From Hemiscyllium ocellatum (lineage: Eukaryota): DNA of 64,000 bases. This document shows positions 11,322 to 24,630 of the stretch, in pieces; position 1 is the stretch's first letter; the number at the start of each line of letters is the position of its first letter. Location of the stretch: the NCBI RefSeq assembly GCF_020745735.1, contig NC_083409.1:21090098-21154097 (forward strand), read 5' to 3'. The translations under genes and the position numbers were made by a program. The notes under the pieces are model-generated. The model was given only the letters and a program-made list of their open reading frames with translations, made no database searches and was not told the origin of the DNA.

Positions 11322-11650
11322 CTATACACATTCTGATCTCCTGATGCTTTTGCTGAGGGGAGAGGGGAGGATCACATGTGTGAGGGCACAGGAGAAGCGA
11401 GCGTTGGACTCCCAGTCAGACCCAGAGAGGGTCAGCAGGCTGTTGACACTGTAGGTGCTGTCTGAAGCTCGCAGGTAGTTGCTGGTCTGAACCCCGTCCG
11501 AAATGACTGCACTGTCCTTCATCCACTGCACCTCCAGCTCATCGGGATAGAAGTGATTGGCAAGGCACACCAGGGTGGCAGTGCCCTTAGCATTGACCTG
11601 CTCTGGGGAGGGGGACAGAAGGGTCAGCTTGGGCTGAGAGTTGTCACGGC
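11322..11650 (-). CDS. IGKC: Immunoglobulin light chain constant exon, shark kappa (NS4/type III) class
   Basis: RDNSQPKLTLLSPSPEQVNAKGTATLVCLANHFYPDELEVQWMKDSAVISDGVQTSNYLRASDSTYSVNSLLTLSGSDWESNARFSCALTHVILPSPLSKSIRRSECV*. It has the C1-set hallmarks (ATLVCL, FYP, W, YSxxSxLTL, FSC, penultimate Cys) and a phase-1 acceptor. IgL C identity is near certain; the kappa/NS4 class is from recalled similarity. Confidence 0.92.
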
Positions 11651-11672
11651 CTGAAAGACAAGACAAACAATT
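11651..11672 (-). other. Splice acceptor of the IgL C exon
   Basis: Minus strand ...aattgtttgtcttgtctttcAG|gccgtgac; phase 1, as expected for a J-C junction. The upstream ORF residues MSCLS are intronic. Confidence 0.85.
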
Positions 11673-12954
11673 TTAATCTCTGCCATTCAAAGGGATTTCA
11701 ACTCTGAACATTCACTGGCAAAACGATCCATTTGAACATTTATATTCAATACCTGACAAACCCCATAAAAAGGACAGGGACTTTTAAAATTGCTTCTTGG
11801 GATGTGGGTGTCACTGGCTGTGCGAGCATTTATTGCCCATTCCCAAATGCCCCAGAGAGGGCGATGGTGAAAAAGAAGGGACAGTTTTGAATCATTGTTG
11901 AGGGAATGAATGTGGGCAGCTGGAAGGACTATCAAAGAGGGAACATTTCAGTGACAGTGATCAGAACTCAGTGAGATTGAGAGTAGGGATGAAAATGGAG
12001 AACAATGGAGCAAGTATAAAAGTTTTCATTTGGTAACAAAACCCTTTTACTTAACTGGCATGGATTGGGTAAAAGTGGGCTAAAAGACAAAATACCACGA
12101 CCTGAGAAAAGCAAAGGATGAAATGTGTCCAAATGAAGTCCAGAAAATCCCAGTGATGTTTTATACACAGAAAGAACAGGTGTATGAAGGAATGAATGAG
12201 GCCCATTTGAGAGCAGGAAGGGAACTTGTGTGCGCTGGTGGAAGATGGAGCAATGGTTCCTCATGAAAACTTTCGGTCTGTTTTCACAAAAGAGAGGGAC
12301 AAAGCAGGAACTGTAGTTCAGGAGGAGGACTGTGCAACATTGGAATGGCATCTTTCACATCTGAAAGACTCCCAGTTCATCCAAAGAAAAGAAAGATCCA
12401 TGCTGTTCCAGATATTTGCAGGCAGTGTGGGACTTGTTCGAAATGTGGTCACTGTTATAATGTAGGAAATGTGCAAGCCAGTTTGTACACAGAAAGATAC
12501 CACAAGCAACAATGAACCAAGAAACATTTTTGAGTGATGTTTGTTCAGGAAGAAATATCAGCCTGAATACAATTCAAAGAGAAAGTAACTAGAACAGTTG
12601 GATGGATAATTAGAAAATGAAAGTTGAAGGAGAAGGGAGGAATAGGTTAGTGATGGAATTGATTGTTATCAGAAAATAAAAGGTAAGAGACAGAGTATTT
12701 TGAATGTCATTTTGCACTGAGGAAACTTTAAAGTGCTCGATAAAGAACAATCCTAAAGGCTTTGTCATTTAATGCATTAAACATTTGGAATAATGTAGAC
12801 AAAGTGGTACCACACAAATCAAGGTAAATCAAGTTTCCGAGGAGTTTAGACTAATTAAAGAAGGTAGGGACTCAGGGCTCTTTATTAAAGCATCCAGACC
12901 AAGTAATAGGATAGAGTATGGAAAGGATCAAGAATTGTAATTGAGGACCCGCAG

Positions 12955-13190
12955 GGTGGAATGGTGGATCAGTGGTTAGCACTGCTGTCTCACAGCTCCA
13001 GAGACATAGAGTCAATTCCAACTAACTGTCAGTGTGGAGTTTAGACATTCTCCCCGTATCTACTTGGGTTTCCTCCCAATTTCAGAAAAGTGTGTAGGTT
13101 GGGAAGATTATCCATTGGAATTGTAGAGTCGGTGGGATGCTTTTTGGAGGGTCAGTCTGGGCTGAATGGCCTGCTTCCACACTGTAGGGG
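12955..13190 (+). mobile_element. HE1-like V-SINE, decayed
   Basis: gtggttagcactgctgtctcacagc..., gtgtggagtttagacattctccccgt, tail gggctgaatggcctgcttccacactgtaggg. Confidence 0.75.
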
Positions 13191-13279
13191 TTCCTTGATT
13201 TCTAAAGGAGATAACTGTAAGAAGGAGGCAGTCAATGCATGTCTTTGTATTATACTTAGATGCATTGAGTCTATGAAAC

Positions 13280-14010
13280 AAGGTAAATGACCGTATAGTG
13301 CAGGGACATGGCTGCAAGGGGATCAGGGCTGGGAACTAAATATCCAAGGACGCACATCCTATTGAAAGGAATTGCAGGGGGATAGAGGGTCAAGTGTGAA
13401 GCAGGAGCAGAAGGTAATCCTTGTTAGTCAGGAAATGGTCTTGGGAAGGCCAGCAACTCATCAGCCTGTAAGTCCCTTGGGGCCAGCAACTCATCAGAGT
13501 ATTTAAGAAAGTGGGTGTTGAAATAGTGGACACATTGTTGATCATTTTCCAACATTCTGGCGACTCTGACAGAGTTCCAATGGACTGGACAGTATCTAAT
13601 GTAAGCCCACATTTTAATAAAAGGCAGGAGAGTGAAAACGAGGAATTATACATGAGAAAAACACTGGAGTCAGTTATTAAAGATACAGTAAACAAGCATT
13701 TGGAAAGCAGTGACAGGATCGGACCAAGTCAGCATGGATTTACTCAAGGGAAATCAGGCCTGACACATCTTCTGGAAGTTTTTGAGGATGTGATCAGTGG
13801 ACAGTGGACAAGGCTGAATAAGTGGACAACAAAAATTGATGAAAAGGTTGAGCAGGTCTGGCAGGATCTGTGGACAGCAATCGAAGTTAACCTTTCAGAT
13901 TGAGTGACCCTCCCTCAGGACCCAGTGGATGTTGTGTGACTGGACTTTCAAAAGGCTTTTGACAAGGTCAAAAGTGAGTTAAATTAAACGTTATGATATC
14001 AGAGGTAAGT
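13280..14010 (+). mobile_element. CR1 ORF2 fragments (short APE piece + RT N-terminus)
   Basis: ORF 13511-13903 reads VEIVDTLLIIFQHS..DW..NVSP, SQHGFTQGKSGLTHLLEVFE, followed by gactttcaaaaggcttttgacaaggt (DFQKAFDKV). Confidence 0.85.
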
Positions 14011-14949
14011 TTGTGAGGCAGACCTTGTTTAGGGAGAAATGGAGGTCCGCATTGGCATCACGTGGTCAGCTTTTCTGCAGATGCACAAGGAAACGAGCAG
14101 GCCATTCGACACATTGAGCCTTCTGCATTCTAGCTCGTCGAGAAAATCTCCTCAATGCATTGTTCCCCACACAGTGCTTACATCACTTAGTACGTGAAGA
14201 CATCGGGACATATAAAATAACAATTACTGTAATCCTTTCTGTCCATCAATTTTGCTCCTCCATTAAATATGCAGACAGTTCTCTGATAAACTCATGCTTA
14301 TTCAACACAATTTGTCTGCATCACAATTCGTGAATTGTGCACCTTTTTTATAACGCAAGCTCCTTTTCCGTGATTTCTTGCCTGGCACCAGCTGAACAGC
14401 AAAATCTGGCCTCAGGATCCTCTGTCTGCAAAATGCACCCTCAGTGTGTTCGGCTAAAACAGGAATTCAATACACTCTGCAAGCCTTAAACCTTAACCTA
14501 CACTTAGAAGGAACTTTCCTTCAAACCAGGGGGAGATATTTAAGGAGAACTAGAATTCTCCAGCGACATCAAGTGGTCAGTCAGCCCCTCGTGCTTTCTG
14601 ATGAAGAGCTTGGTTAAAGATACAGTGCTGTACCAGTGACTGTAGTAGAAAAGTGTTACATTTACTGTGCTATTTCTTTACAATATATATTTTAAGGATT
14701 TACTTAGACTGTGCTGGTGTGTGTGTGTGTGTGTATTAGATTAACTTTAGTTTTTGCATCTTACTGATATTCTGTGGATTCGCCTCTCCACCTCCTTTTC
14801 CCACAGGCCTCATTATTAATATTACAAGGTTTTCTACAACACTGTGTTGTACATGAACACAGCTGCCACGTTATTGGAGAACAACCTGTAATGATATCTG
14901 ATCCTCTATCTTCACACCACTCCTGTCCCCTCCTACCCCTTTATAGTGT

Positions 14950-15560
14950 CTTGTAATCCTTATGTATAGTCAGTGTCTTGGCTTCCACAGCCTGATCTGG
15001 GAGAGAGTTCCCCAGGTTCACCAGTCTCTGAGTGCAGACATTTATTCTCATCTCAATGCAGAGTGATCTGTCTGGAGCTAATACAGTTGCCCCTTGTTTT
15101 AGACATCACAGTCAAGGGAATTATCGTCCCTGCTTCCAAACTGTCTCGCCCTATCAAAGTTTTATATATTTCACTTATTTTCCTAAAGCCCATGGAATAC
15201 ATGCCCAGTCGCCCCAAACTCTGCTCCCACAATAAGGCTGTCATCCCAGAGATCAGTGTGGTTATCCTTCACTGCTCTCCCTCAATGCCAGGTTTGTCCT
15301 TCAGTAGGTAATGAGACCAAAATTGCGCTAAATATTGCACAATGTTCGAGACGTGTTCTCAATAAGGCCCTGTACAGCGGCAGCAAGTCACCCTTACTCC
15401 TGGCCTCAAATCTCCTTGAAATGATGGTCAACATCCCAATTATCATCCTAACTATTTTCTGTTCCTGCAACATTACTTTCACTGACTGTTGCACAGGGAG
15501 ATCCAGATCCTTTACAATGTTACAGCTCCTCACTTCGTACACTAGTCAGTGAGCCAATGC
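14950..15560 (-). mobile_element. CR1 3' fragment
   Basis: ORFs read ARSKGDLLPLYRALLRTRLEHC and EIYKTLIGRDSLEAG..PL...SKTRG. Confidence 0.8.
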
Positions 15561-16599
15561 CATTCCCAGTATTGACTTCTGGCTTCATAACTCACTGCCC
15601 TGCATGGAGCTCAGGGGTCTGACAGAAGAAAACAAAAATGCAGCGTAAGTTTCTTTTTGATCAGCATTTTTTCAAATAACCCCTTTTCGAATGGTAGGCT
15701 GCCGTTTTGTTTTTCCAACCATAGTGCACAAAGTCATATCTCCACCCCCCCCCCCCCCCCAACCGCCTCATTGCTCTCCATCTGACACATATTTGCCCAT
15801 TCACTACATTTGTCTCAATCACCTTGGAACTTTTTTTTACATACTGCTCACTCACTCACAACCCAACATGATTTAGTATCATCAGCAGACTTGTGAATAT
15901 TGCATTTGATTCACTCAACCAAAAATTTGTTGTGTATTGGGAATAGCTGGAAGCCAAAGCCCGATTCCTGCTATGCCATCCAGGCCTTCCACTCAAAAAA
16001 TGTTGTGCTCCTTTTCACTGCTTGCTGTCGGCTCTCCCATTCGAAAACCATGTCCACGTATTAGTCACAGTCCCATAAGATTAGAATTTGTATAATAGGC
16101 TTGGGACTTTATCAGTAATCTTACTGAAAACCCAATCGTATTGTATTGATTGCTTCTCCATAATTTTGCAAGTCACTTTCTGAAATATGATTCCCATTTC
16201 TTATGCTTCTGCTGACTTTTTCTTTGCCCATTACTTTATTCCCAATACTTTCTCTACAACTCCTTAGCTGCTAATTTCATTCTATTCCCTTTTTCCCCAC
16301 CAGACTGAAGTTTACTAGTATTGCTGGGAAGCTTTCTTTTTTGTTTTGTTTTCTTCTGTGAAGACATAACTTTACCATTTGCTCCATAGTTCTGTCATTT
16401 CCCTGTTCTCCATTCTGCATTCTCTTTTACAACTTCACTGTTGCAACACTTGTTAATACACTCTTCAGAAACCCATCAATTCCTATCTTAAGATGCTCAA
16501 TGATTGACCTTCAACAGTGATACAATCATAGGAGCACAGACTCTGTATCGTCAGAAATACAGCACGGACTACATTAGTCTCACTTCCCTACGCGAACCC

Positions 16600-17710
16600 C
16601 ATAGACATGAATGTTATGCCACTTCAAGTGCACGACAATGTATTTTTAATGGTTGTGAGGTTAGCTGTACCAACTGCCTTTTCAGGAAGTGCATTCCAGA
16701 CCCCAACTTTTTCTGCGTGAAAACCAATCCTAAAATCCTCATGAAACCTCAAACCCTTCACTTATAGGGTGCTCCTTTGTTCTTCCCCTTTGCCTAAAAG
16801 GAACAGCTGCTGTCTATCCATCCTGTCCAAGCCTCTCGCAATCTTATCCTTCTGAATCACAGCCGCCTCAGCTTTCTCTGCTCCAAAGTAAATAACCCGA
16901 GCTTATTCAACCTCTCTCCATAGCTGATATGCTCCATCCCAGGGAACATCCTGGTGAATCCCCTCTGCACCCCCTCCAGTACAATAACATCCTTCCTGTA
17001 ATGTGGCTCCCAGAACTACACACAATATTCCATCTTGACCTAACCTAAGTTCCACATAGCTCTTCTAACCTGTGCCTCGACGAATAAAGGTTATGTTTAA
17101 GATCCCCTATATATTCTCAATTTGTTCATTAACCTGTCTAGTCCCATTCAGGGATGGGTGGAGAAACACCCTCTAAGCTTCCTCGTGTGCTGCCATTCAT
17201 TGAATACTCCGCTGTCTGGTTCATTCTTGCAAAGTACATTACCTCATATTCATCAGGATGACATTCAATCTGCCATTAATCCATCCATCAGTCCATTCCA
17301 TCTGTATCTTCCTGTCACATAAGACCGTCCCCCTCACTGCTAATCTTTGTGTCAAACACAAGCTGATTTATCACTGCCTCCCCTAGCCCCAACCCCAACC
17401 CCCATATCCACAGCTGCATCATCTATGATTATACAAATAATAAGGTTAATGATGACACACCCCCAGATGGTAGTCCAACAAGTTTATTTGGAGGCACTAG
17501 CTTTTGAAGCGCTGCTTCTTCATCACGTGATTATGCACTTCAAATGTTAGTGCCTCTGACTAAACATGTTGGTCTATAATCTGGCATTGTGCGATTTTTA
17601 ACTTTGTCCACCCCGCTCCAACACAGGCAACCCAAAATCACAAATAAAAAGGGACACAGCACTGATCCCGTAGTGTACCATTGGACACTGACCCTCAGTC
17701 ACAGAAACAA
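16600..17710 (-). mobile_element. Decayed CR1 3' region, interrupted by a family A hairpin element
   Basis: cagggaacatcctggtgaatcccctctgcaccccctccag..., cagaactacacacaatattcc, gggacacagcactgatccc. Confidence 0.7.
17440..17640. mobile_element. Palindromic PLE-terminus element (family A), old
   Basis: Left arm agtccaacaagtttatttggaggcactagcttttgaagcgctgcttcttcatcac; right arm tagtgcctc..taaacatgttggtctataatctgg..ccaacacaggcaacccaaaatca. Confidence 0.65.
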
Positions 17711-17711
17711 T

Positions 17712-18660
17712 CATAGAACATAGAACATAGAACATAGAAGGATACAGCGCAGTACAGGCCCTTCGGCCCTCGATGTTGCGCCGACCGAATCCTACCTAAC
17801 CTATACTAGCCCAATAACTTCCAAATGCCTATCCAGTGCCCGCTTAAATGACCATAAAGAAGGAGAGTTCACCACTGATACGGGCAGGGCATTCCATGAA
17901 CTCACAACCCGCTGTGTGAAGAATCTACCCCTAACATCTGTCCTATACCTACCACCCCTTAATTTAAAGCTATGTCCCCTAGTAACACCTGACTCCATTA
18001 GCGGTAAAAGGTTCTTAGTATCTACCCTATCTAAACCCCTAATCATCTTATACACTTCTATCAGATCTCCCCTAAACCTTCTCTTCTCCAATGAGAACAG
18101 CCCCAAGTGCCTCAGCCTTTCCTCATAAGATTTTCCTACCATTCCAGGCAACATCCTGGTAAACCTCCTCTGCACTCGTTCTAAAGCTTCCACATCCTTC
18201 CTATAGTATGGTGACCAAAACTGCACACAATACTCCAGATGAGGCCGCACCAGAGTCTTATACAACTGCAACATGACCTCAGGACTCCGGAACTCAATTC
18301 CTCTGCCAATAAAGCCCAGTACACCATATGCCTTCCTCACAGCACTATTTACCTGGGTGGCAACTTTCAGAGATCTGTGTACATGGACACCAAGATCCCT
18401 CTGCTCATCCACACTACCAAGTAGCCTACCATTAGCCCAGTAATCCATCATCTTGTTATTCCTACCAAAGTGAACGACTTCGCACTTAGCTACATTGAAT
18501 TCCATTTGCCACATTTCCGCCCAGCTCTGCAACTTATCTATATCCCGCTGTAACCTACCACTTCCTTCCTCACTATCCACAACTCCACCGACTTTCGTGT
18601 CATCCGCAAACTTGCTTACCCAGCTTTCAAGTCCTTCCTCTAGATCATTTATAAAATGAC
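17712..18660 (-). mobile_element. Young 5'-truncated CR1 LINE with uninterrupted RT C-terminal frame
   Basis: Stop-free 291 aa ORF (SKFADDTKVGG, LYKTLVRPHLEYCVQFWSP, FTQRVVSSWNALP), 3'UTR gggccgaagggcctgt, and tail microsatellite (CATAGAA)4 at 17712-17739. Confidence 0.95.
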
Positions 18661-18959
18661 TTGAAATATATATCATCTCTCACCGTCTTCTGTGTCCTAA
18701 CATTAAGTTGATTTGGATGCAACTTGGCAAGTCACTAATGACTCCCATTTGTCCCCGAGTTATTCTGTTCCGTTTGACATACTTGTAGAATATCTGGGGA
18801 GTCTCCCTCATCTTGCGCTGCCAGCGGTTTTCCATGCCCCTGTGTTAGTCTGTCCCTACCACGTGCAGAATTTCCTCCTTATTACATGGTCTGTCCCTTT
18901 TCCTGCCATTATTGGCCATAAATGTAGGGTAGACAGCCAGGGAAACATCCTGTTGATTT

Positions 18960-20230
18960 CCACCTTGTCATATGTTTCGTCAATTTTCTAAATTTCACTA
19001 TGACCCATCTCATTCTTTGAAGCTCGAGAAAACACAGGCTGCGTTTCGTCATCAGACAATCTCGCCATCTCATGGATGAATCTGGACAATGTCCATTGCA
19101 CTTCCTCTATGGTCAGTGTATTCTTTCTCAGATTGATTCACTAAAACTGTATACAATATTCCAGGAACAGTCTCACCAAAACTGTATACAATACTCCAGG
19201 TACAGTCGCACCAAAACGCTGTGCAACTGCTTCAACATAACCATCCGTCTATATTCTGTTTCCCCTAAATGAAGGTTAACTTAACATTAAGTTTCCACTA
19301 ACATGTATTTCTCTAACTAACCTTCAAACTATTCCAAAGTTTATCAAGTATAATTTCTTTTTCAGAAATATTTACCGATACTCTCCAATGTTGCTGTTAA
19401 TTTCTAAATATCAGATATCACATCATATGTAATAGGTTGCAGCACTTTCCTGGCAGATGTCAAGTTAATTGGTCTGCAGTTCTCCACACTATTCCTTCTT
19501 CCCTTTTTAGATGCTTGGATCTATTCCATTCATCTCCAATGCTTGGATCACGTTTACTACATTCCATTTTCTACAATGGCTTCTGGCTTCTGCAGAATGC
19601 GCAGCAAAATAAAACACAATCATCGACAGTTCAATTAATTCTTCTATCACTGATTTATTTCTGACATGGTGATATGAATTGCATCTATTTCGTCAGACTT
19701 AGCAATGTTTAATCCAGCTACATATTCAAGGACTACCTTGTTACTTATATAAATTGACTTCATATGTTTAGTTTCACTAGTACTATATGATTACTTAGTA
19801 TTTCTCAGAGATTTTCTTGGTCTTTCTCCATGAAGACAGTTGCATAGTAACTGGTTATTGTCTTGGCCATTTCCCTGTTCTCCACAATAACCTATCCTCT
19901 TCTGATTACAAATTTCCACGTTTGGCCTTGCTTTTATTTTGTTTTCTTTGAAATATCGATCGTATATTGATGCAGTCTTTGTGCTCCAATTTGTTAGCAT
20001 GTATGTTCTCTTTTTGTTTTCCTTATCAGTTTCATGCCCCTCCTTTTTCTGAATCATCAATTTCTGAGAAATCTCTGGTTTCCACAATTGCTGGAATTCT
20101 TCTGATGTCACTTCCTATGATTAATATAACCTTTAATTTGTTATGATGAACATCATTAAGTCACTTTCTCACTCCATGGTACTTTTACCTTAAAGAAACA
20201 AATGTATTTTGCAGACTTTGCAGTATTTCT
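18960..20230 (-). mobile_element. Heavily decayed CR1 fragments
   Basis: ccaggtacagtcgcaccaaaacgctgtgcaactg, ggcagatgtcaagttaattggtct, and the ORF 19791-20111 linker region. Confidence 0.6.
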
Positions 20231-20239
20231 ATAAATTTC

Positions 20240-21300
20240 CTGGTCCTGACTAGATATATCGAAGAACACTGCACGAGGACAGAAAAGAAATTGCGGGGGC
20301 CCTGGCATCATTGCTGGCCACAGGTGTGGTACTGGAGTACTGGAGGGTAGCGAAAGTTGTGTCCTTATTCAAGAAGGGCTACAGAGAAAAACCTGGGCAC
20401 TATAGACCAGAAAAGCGGACATCTGTAGTAGGTAATATATTTGAGAAGATCCTGGGTGTTTAGATATACATGCATTTCGAAAGATATGGTTTGATTAGGA
20501 ACAGTCAGCACAGCTTTGTACATGGCAGATCATGGCTCACAATTTATCCAAGTTCTTTGATGAGATTACAAGCAACGTTGACGAGGGCAGGATGGTATAC
20601 ATAAACTATACGGATTTCAGTAAGGGCTTCAGTAAGGTTCCCCATGACATACTGCTCTGGAAGGTTAGATTGCATGGAATTGGGGGGGAGATGGTAAATT
20701 AGATACACAATTGGCTTGTTGATAGGAAGTAGAGGGTAATAGTGAAGGATGTTTTTTGGATAGGACGCCTGTCACTTGTGGAGTGCCTCAGGGGTCGGTG
20801 CTGGGACAATTTCCATTTGTTGTATGCGTACTGATTTAAATTAGAATGGACAAAGCATGATTAATAACATTGCAGATGACTGTAAAATATGCGGTATCGT
20901 GAACCATGATGAAAGTTCTTACAAATTGCTGCAGGACCTAGATCAGCTGGGGATATGGAGTTTAATATACATAACTGTGAGATCTTGCATTTTGGAAAGT
21001 TAAATCAAGGTCGGAATTTCATGGTTGTCCCTTAAGAAGTGTAGTGGAATAGAGGAACACTGGAATTCAGGTGCACAGGTCTCCGAATGTCGATTCAGAG
21101 GTAGACAGGGCAGTGAAGAAGGCTTTTGGTACACTGGCATTCATCAGTCATAGCAATGATCATCGAAGTTGGGGAGTTATATTGCAGTTATACAGGATGC
21201 TGTTGAGGCCTTACTTGTAGCACAATGTTCAGTTTTGTTCACTTTGCTCTGGGAAGGATGTTATTAACCTGGAAAGAGTGCAGAAGAAATTTATAAGGTT
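20240..21300 (+). mobile_element. Decayed CR1 RT region
   Basis: cctggtcctgac..., cagtcagcacagctttgta, ggagtgcctcaggggtcggtgctggga, gtgcagaagaaatttataagg. Confidence 0.85.
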
Positions 21301-21307
21301 TTTTTTG

Positions 21308-21591
21308 TGGATTAGTTACAGTGTGGAAACGGGTGCTTCGGCCCAACAAGTCCATACTGACTTGTCAAAGCGCAATCCACCTAGACCCATTCTCCCTTCA
21401 CCTAACACTACAGGCCATTTAACATGGCCAATTCACCGAAGCAGCACATTTTGGACTGTGGGAGGAAACCGGAGCACCCAGAATAAACCCACGAGGAGAA
21501 TGTGCAAACTCCAAGCAGTTAGTCGCCTGAGGTGGGAATTGAACCCGGGTCTCTGGTGCTGTGAGGCAGCAGTGCTGTGCCACCGTGCTGC
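21308..21591 (-). mobile_element. HE1-like V-SINE
   Basis: attagttacagtgtggaaac...ggcccaacaagtcc...ggaattgaacccgggtctctggtgctgtgaggcagc. Confidence 0.9.
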
Positions 21592-21604
21592 TCATTCAAG
21601 GTCT

Positions 21605-21935
21605 CATTCACAGGATGAAGATGTCGCTGGATAACTAGGATTTATTGCCCATGCCAGAGGACAGTTAAGAGTCAAACGCATTGCTGTGGGTCTGGAGTCA
21701 CATGTAGGCCAGACCAGGTAACGACAGCAGTTTCCTTCCCAAAAAGACATTAGTGAATCACGTGAGATTTTCCAACAATTGATAATGGATTCCTGATCAT
21801 CATAGAACCTTGATTTCAAATACTTACTGAATTCAAATTCCACCATCTGCCATGGTGGACCCGTGACACAGAACATTACCTGAGTCTCTGGGTTAAGTGT
21901 CCAGCGATAATACCATTGGGCCATTGCTTCCCCTT
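21605..21935 (-). mobile_element. tRNA-derived SINE family B, near full length
   Basis: Minus strand head gggaagcaatggcccaatggtattatcgctggac, body ggtctggcctacatgtgactccagacccacagcaatg, and tail gggcaataaat, which matches the L2/CR1-clade LINE end at ~45505-45535. Confidence 0.75.
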
Positions 21936-23094
21936 GCATATACTTGCTATCTAATTTCCAGAGCATATGATGAAAAATATTTGCACCACAGTTTTGGTTT
22001 AGATATGTCACACACCATTGTTTGCTGCTCCTTACTATTTGTAAGATCCACCCGCACTGATTCTGTTGAAGCTAAGGGACATGGGCCGTGGAGTTATTAG
22101 TCATGGACGTGGACAAGACATTTGGGGACGCTCACCTCGATGCTAAGATGACCTGAAGAAATTTCCAGCAACACAGGACAAGGATCAATATCCTCCCCAC
22201 GTTGTCAGGTTAAGGGTCACCGTATTCTCTCTGCTCCCTCACACTCACTGCATATAATTATATCACCTTCCCCTGAACAAAGCTCACGCTCTATCACCAA
22301 ATAAGGCTCACACACTATCACTCTCAGGACTGAATTCAATTCCTTCCCTTCCACACTTTTTCTGTCACGGATGCAATACCACCTCCACCTCCCCCGACAC
22401 ACACACGCACACACGCACACACACACGAATAACACTGCACGGATACAACATTGTGGATAGACTCCCTCTGGACATCTCAACCTTCGCCCCTCCATCTACA
22501 CCAGCACTAACAACAGGGACACCCACTTCCCCCCTCACTCCCTCCCTCTTTTTCACCCATTCCAAGGGAAACAGACTGGAATAGAACAGAAAGGGCCAAG
22601 CCCGGTGTTGCAGTGCCCAATATCCATTCCATCTTCCCCCCCACCTCCCCCCGGCATGAGGAGAGGACCCTGTTATGCTGCCTCGTTTTCTCTTCCTGAG
22701 ACAGCGGCACGGGCTGGATTGGATATATATTTTATTGGAAAGTGTCATTGGAAATGTTGGACAGGTTTGGAGGGCGGAATGTTTTCCCCCCTAATTATTG
22801 TACCCTTATATCTCAAAAGACACACTCGGATCAGCCATGACAATTCTGAATGGTGCAGCCGAATGGTCAACTGCTGTCCCAATCCCATGTGATGTTCCTT
22901 AATCAACCCTTCGATGCTGTTACAGAGTAGGGGATCACCCATTCACTCAGACAGGATAGTTACAATGAGACAGAAAGAGGCAACTCTGCCCCTCGAAGGA
23001 GTTACATAGAAATAGAGAATGAAGTAATTCAGCTCATTGAGAACATTACACAACCCAGCAGGAGACCATTCAACCCACCTTAGATGCTACACAG

Positions 23095-23640
23095 GAACAG
23101 GGAATCTGTCACTAAGAGGAAATAGAGAGTCAAGATAAATGTTCATTTTCAGGTTGCAAAGCTGTAAATATTGGAGTGCCTCAGAGATCATCAATGACCA
23201 ATAATCTGTATTAAAGATCTGGAGGAAGGGAACTGAATGTCATGACGCTCAATTAGCTTATCACCAAAATGATCATTCAAGATGTCGTCAAATCGAGGTA
23301 CTGAGTCTGTAATGTGATACAGACATGGCAGGTTAGTGAGCACACCTTCAGCAGGAATAACATAACGTGAGTTGTCTATTGTGGCAGGAAGGATAAAATA
23401 ATGTGAACAACTTAAATGGAGAGAGATTGCAGAACTCTGTGATCCAGGCCGTTTCCATGTTCCTGGGACATGAATCATGTGAAGTCAGTCTGCAGATGCA
23501 GCAAGTGATTTGGAAAGTAAGTGAAATGATACTGTTTCTGGCAAAGGTTATCACGTTTAATGAGGAATGTTTTACTGCATCCGAATGGGGCATTGCTGAG
23601 ACCCACATCGGATACACTGTATGCAGTTTTGATCCCCTTA
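23095..23640 (+). mobile_element. Decayed CR1 RT fragment
   Basis: ggagtgcctcagagatca, aaagatctggaggaagggaactgaatgt, gcagatgcagcaagtgatt. Confidence 0.65.
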
Positions 23641-24320
23641 AATAAATTATTTCCGACGATTTTCAAAGAAGTTACCCTTTACTCATGTATTATGTGCGAT
23701 AATCAGCTTTGATCTTAGATGAGAATTCTTATTGAACCATACATGACTTTCTGAAATATGTTTCAGCTGGATGCATGTTTTCTCTTGTTAAGGAGTTTAA
23801 AGCAAGAGAATCAATTTAATAATACGATGCACTGATATTAAGATATCCACCAATATTTACAAATTACACAGACGCATATAAACATGTCATCAGATGATAA
23901 AGCAAGGTCATTTATTTTCTAATGAAAGGCACTGTGTACAGCAACAGCGATGATGTACCTTCATACAGTTTTTCTTTATCATCCGGTCCAGAGAATATTT
24001 CAGGAGAGCACACGTGGTCCAGTTCGGTTTTGATATTATTGTATGGTTCAACCCAGAGAGGGAGAAAAATGTTCCGTGCCTGAGCAGCGGATGTTGATTG
24101 ATCCCTTTCTCTTACTTTGTTCCGCCAGATAGCAAAGTGTGAGTCAATAAAATACCTGAGTTATCTTTACCACTTGTGAAGGATTTCTGATCAGTATTCA
24201 TTGGAATCTCTCCACTGCCTGAAGCAAAGGGAGTTCAGCCAAATCCAACTGTTCCACAATTAAATCCCATTACTAGCAGCTTGTGTGAGTAGAATAATTT
24301 CAAAGGCAGAAGAACAGCAC

Positions 24321-24630
24321 GGGGCAGCACGGTGGCACAGTGGTTAGCACTGCTGCCTCACAGCGCCAGGGACCTGGGTTCAATTCCCGACTCAGGCGAC
24401 TGACTGTGTGGAGTTTGCACGTTCTCCCCGTGTCTGCATGGGTTTCCTCCGGGTGCTCCGGTTTCCTCCCACAGTCCAAAGATGTGCGGGTCAGGTGAAT
24501 TGGCCATGTTAAATTGCCCGTAGTGTTAGGTAAGGGGTAAATGTAGGGGTATGGGTGGGTTGCGCTTCGGCGGGTCGGTGTGGACTTGTTGGGCCGAAGG
24601 GCCTGTTTCCACACTGTAAGTCTAATCTAA
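24321..24630 (+). mobile_element. Full-length HE1-like V-SINE (young)
   Basis: A and B boxes, V-domain and tail gtaagtctaatctaa; nearly identical to 47585-47895. Confidence 0.95.

Noticed and set aside
11651-11666. N-terminal MSCLS of the 114 aa ORF as a start
   Set aside because: It is the intronic polypyrimidine tract; the exon starts after the AG at 11650.
24105-24135. Minus-strand ggcggaacaaagtaag resembling a J end (GGTK) plus donor
   Set aside because: No FG motif, a stop immediately after K, and no RSS.
23760-24255. Cluster of E-boxes in non-repeat DNA (possible intronic enhancer)
   Set aside because: CANNTG is too frequent to be informative without conservation or chromatin data.
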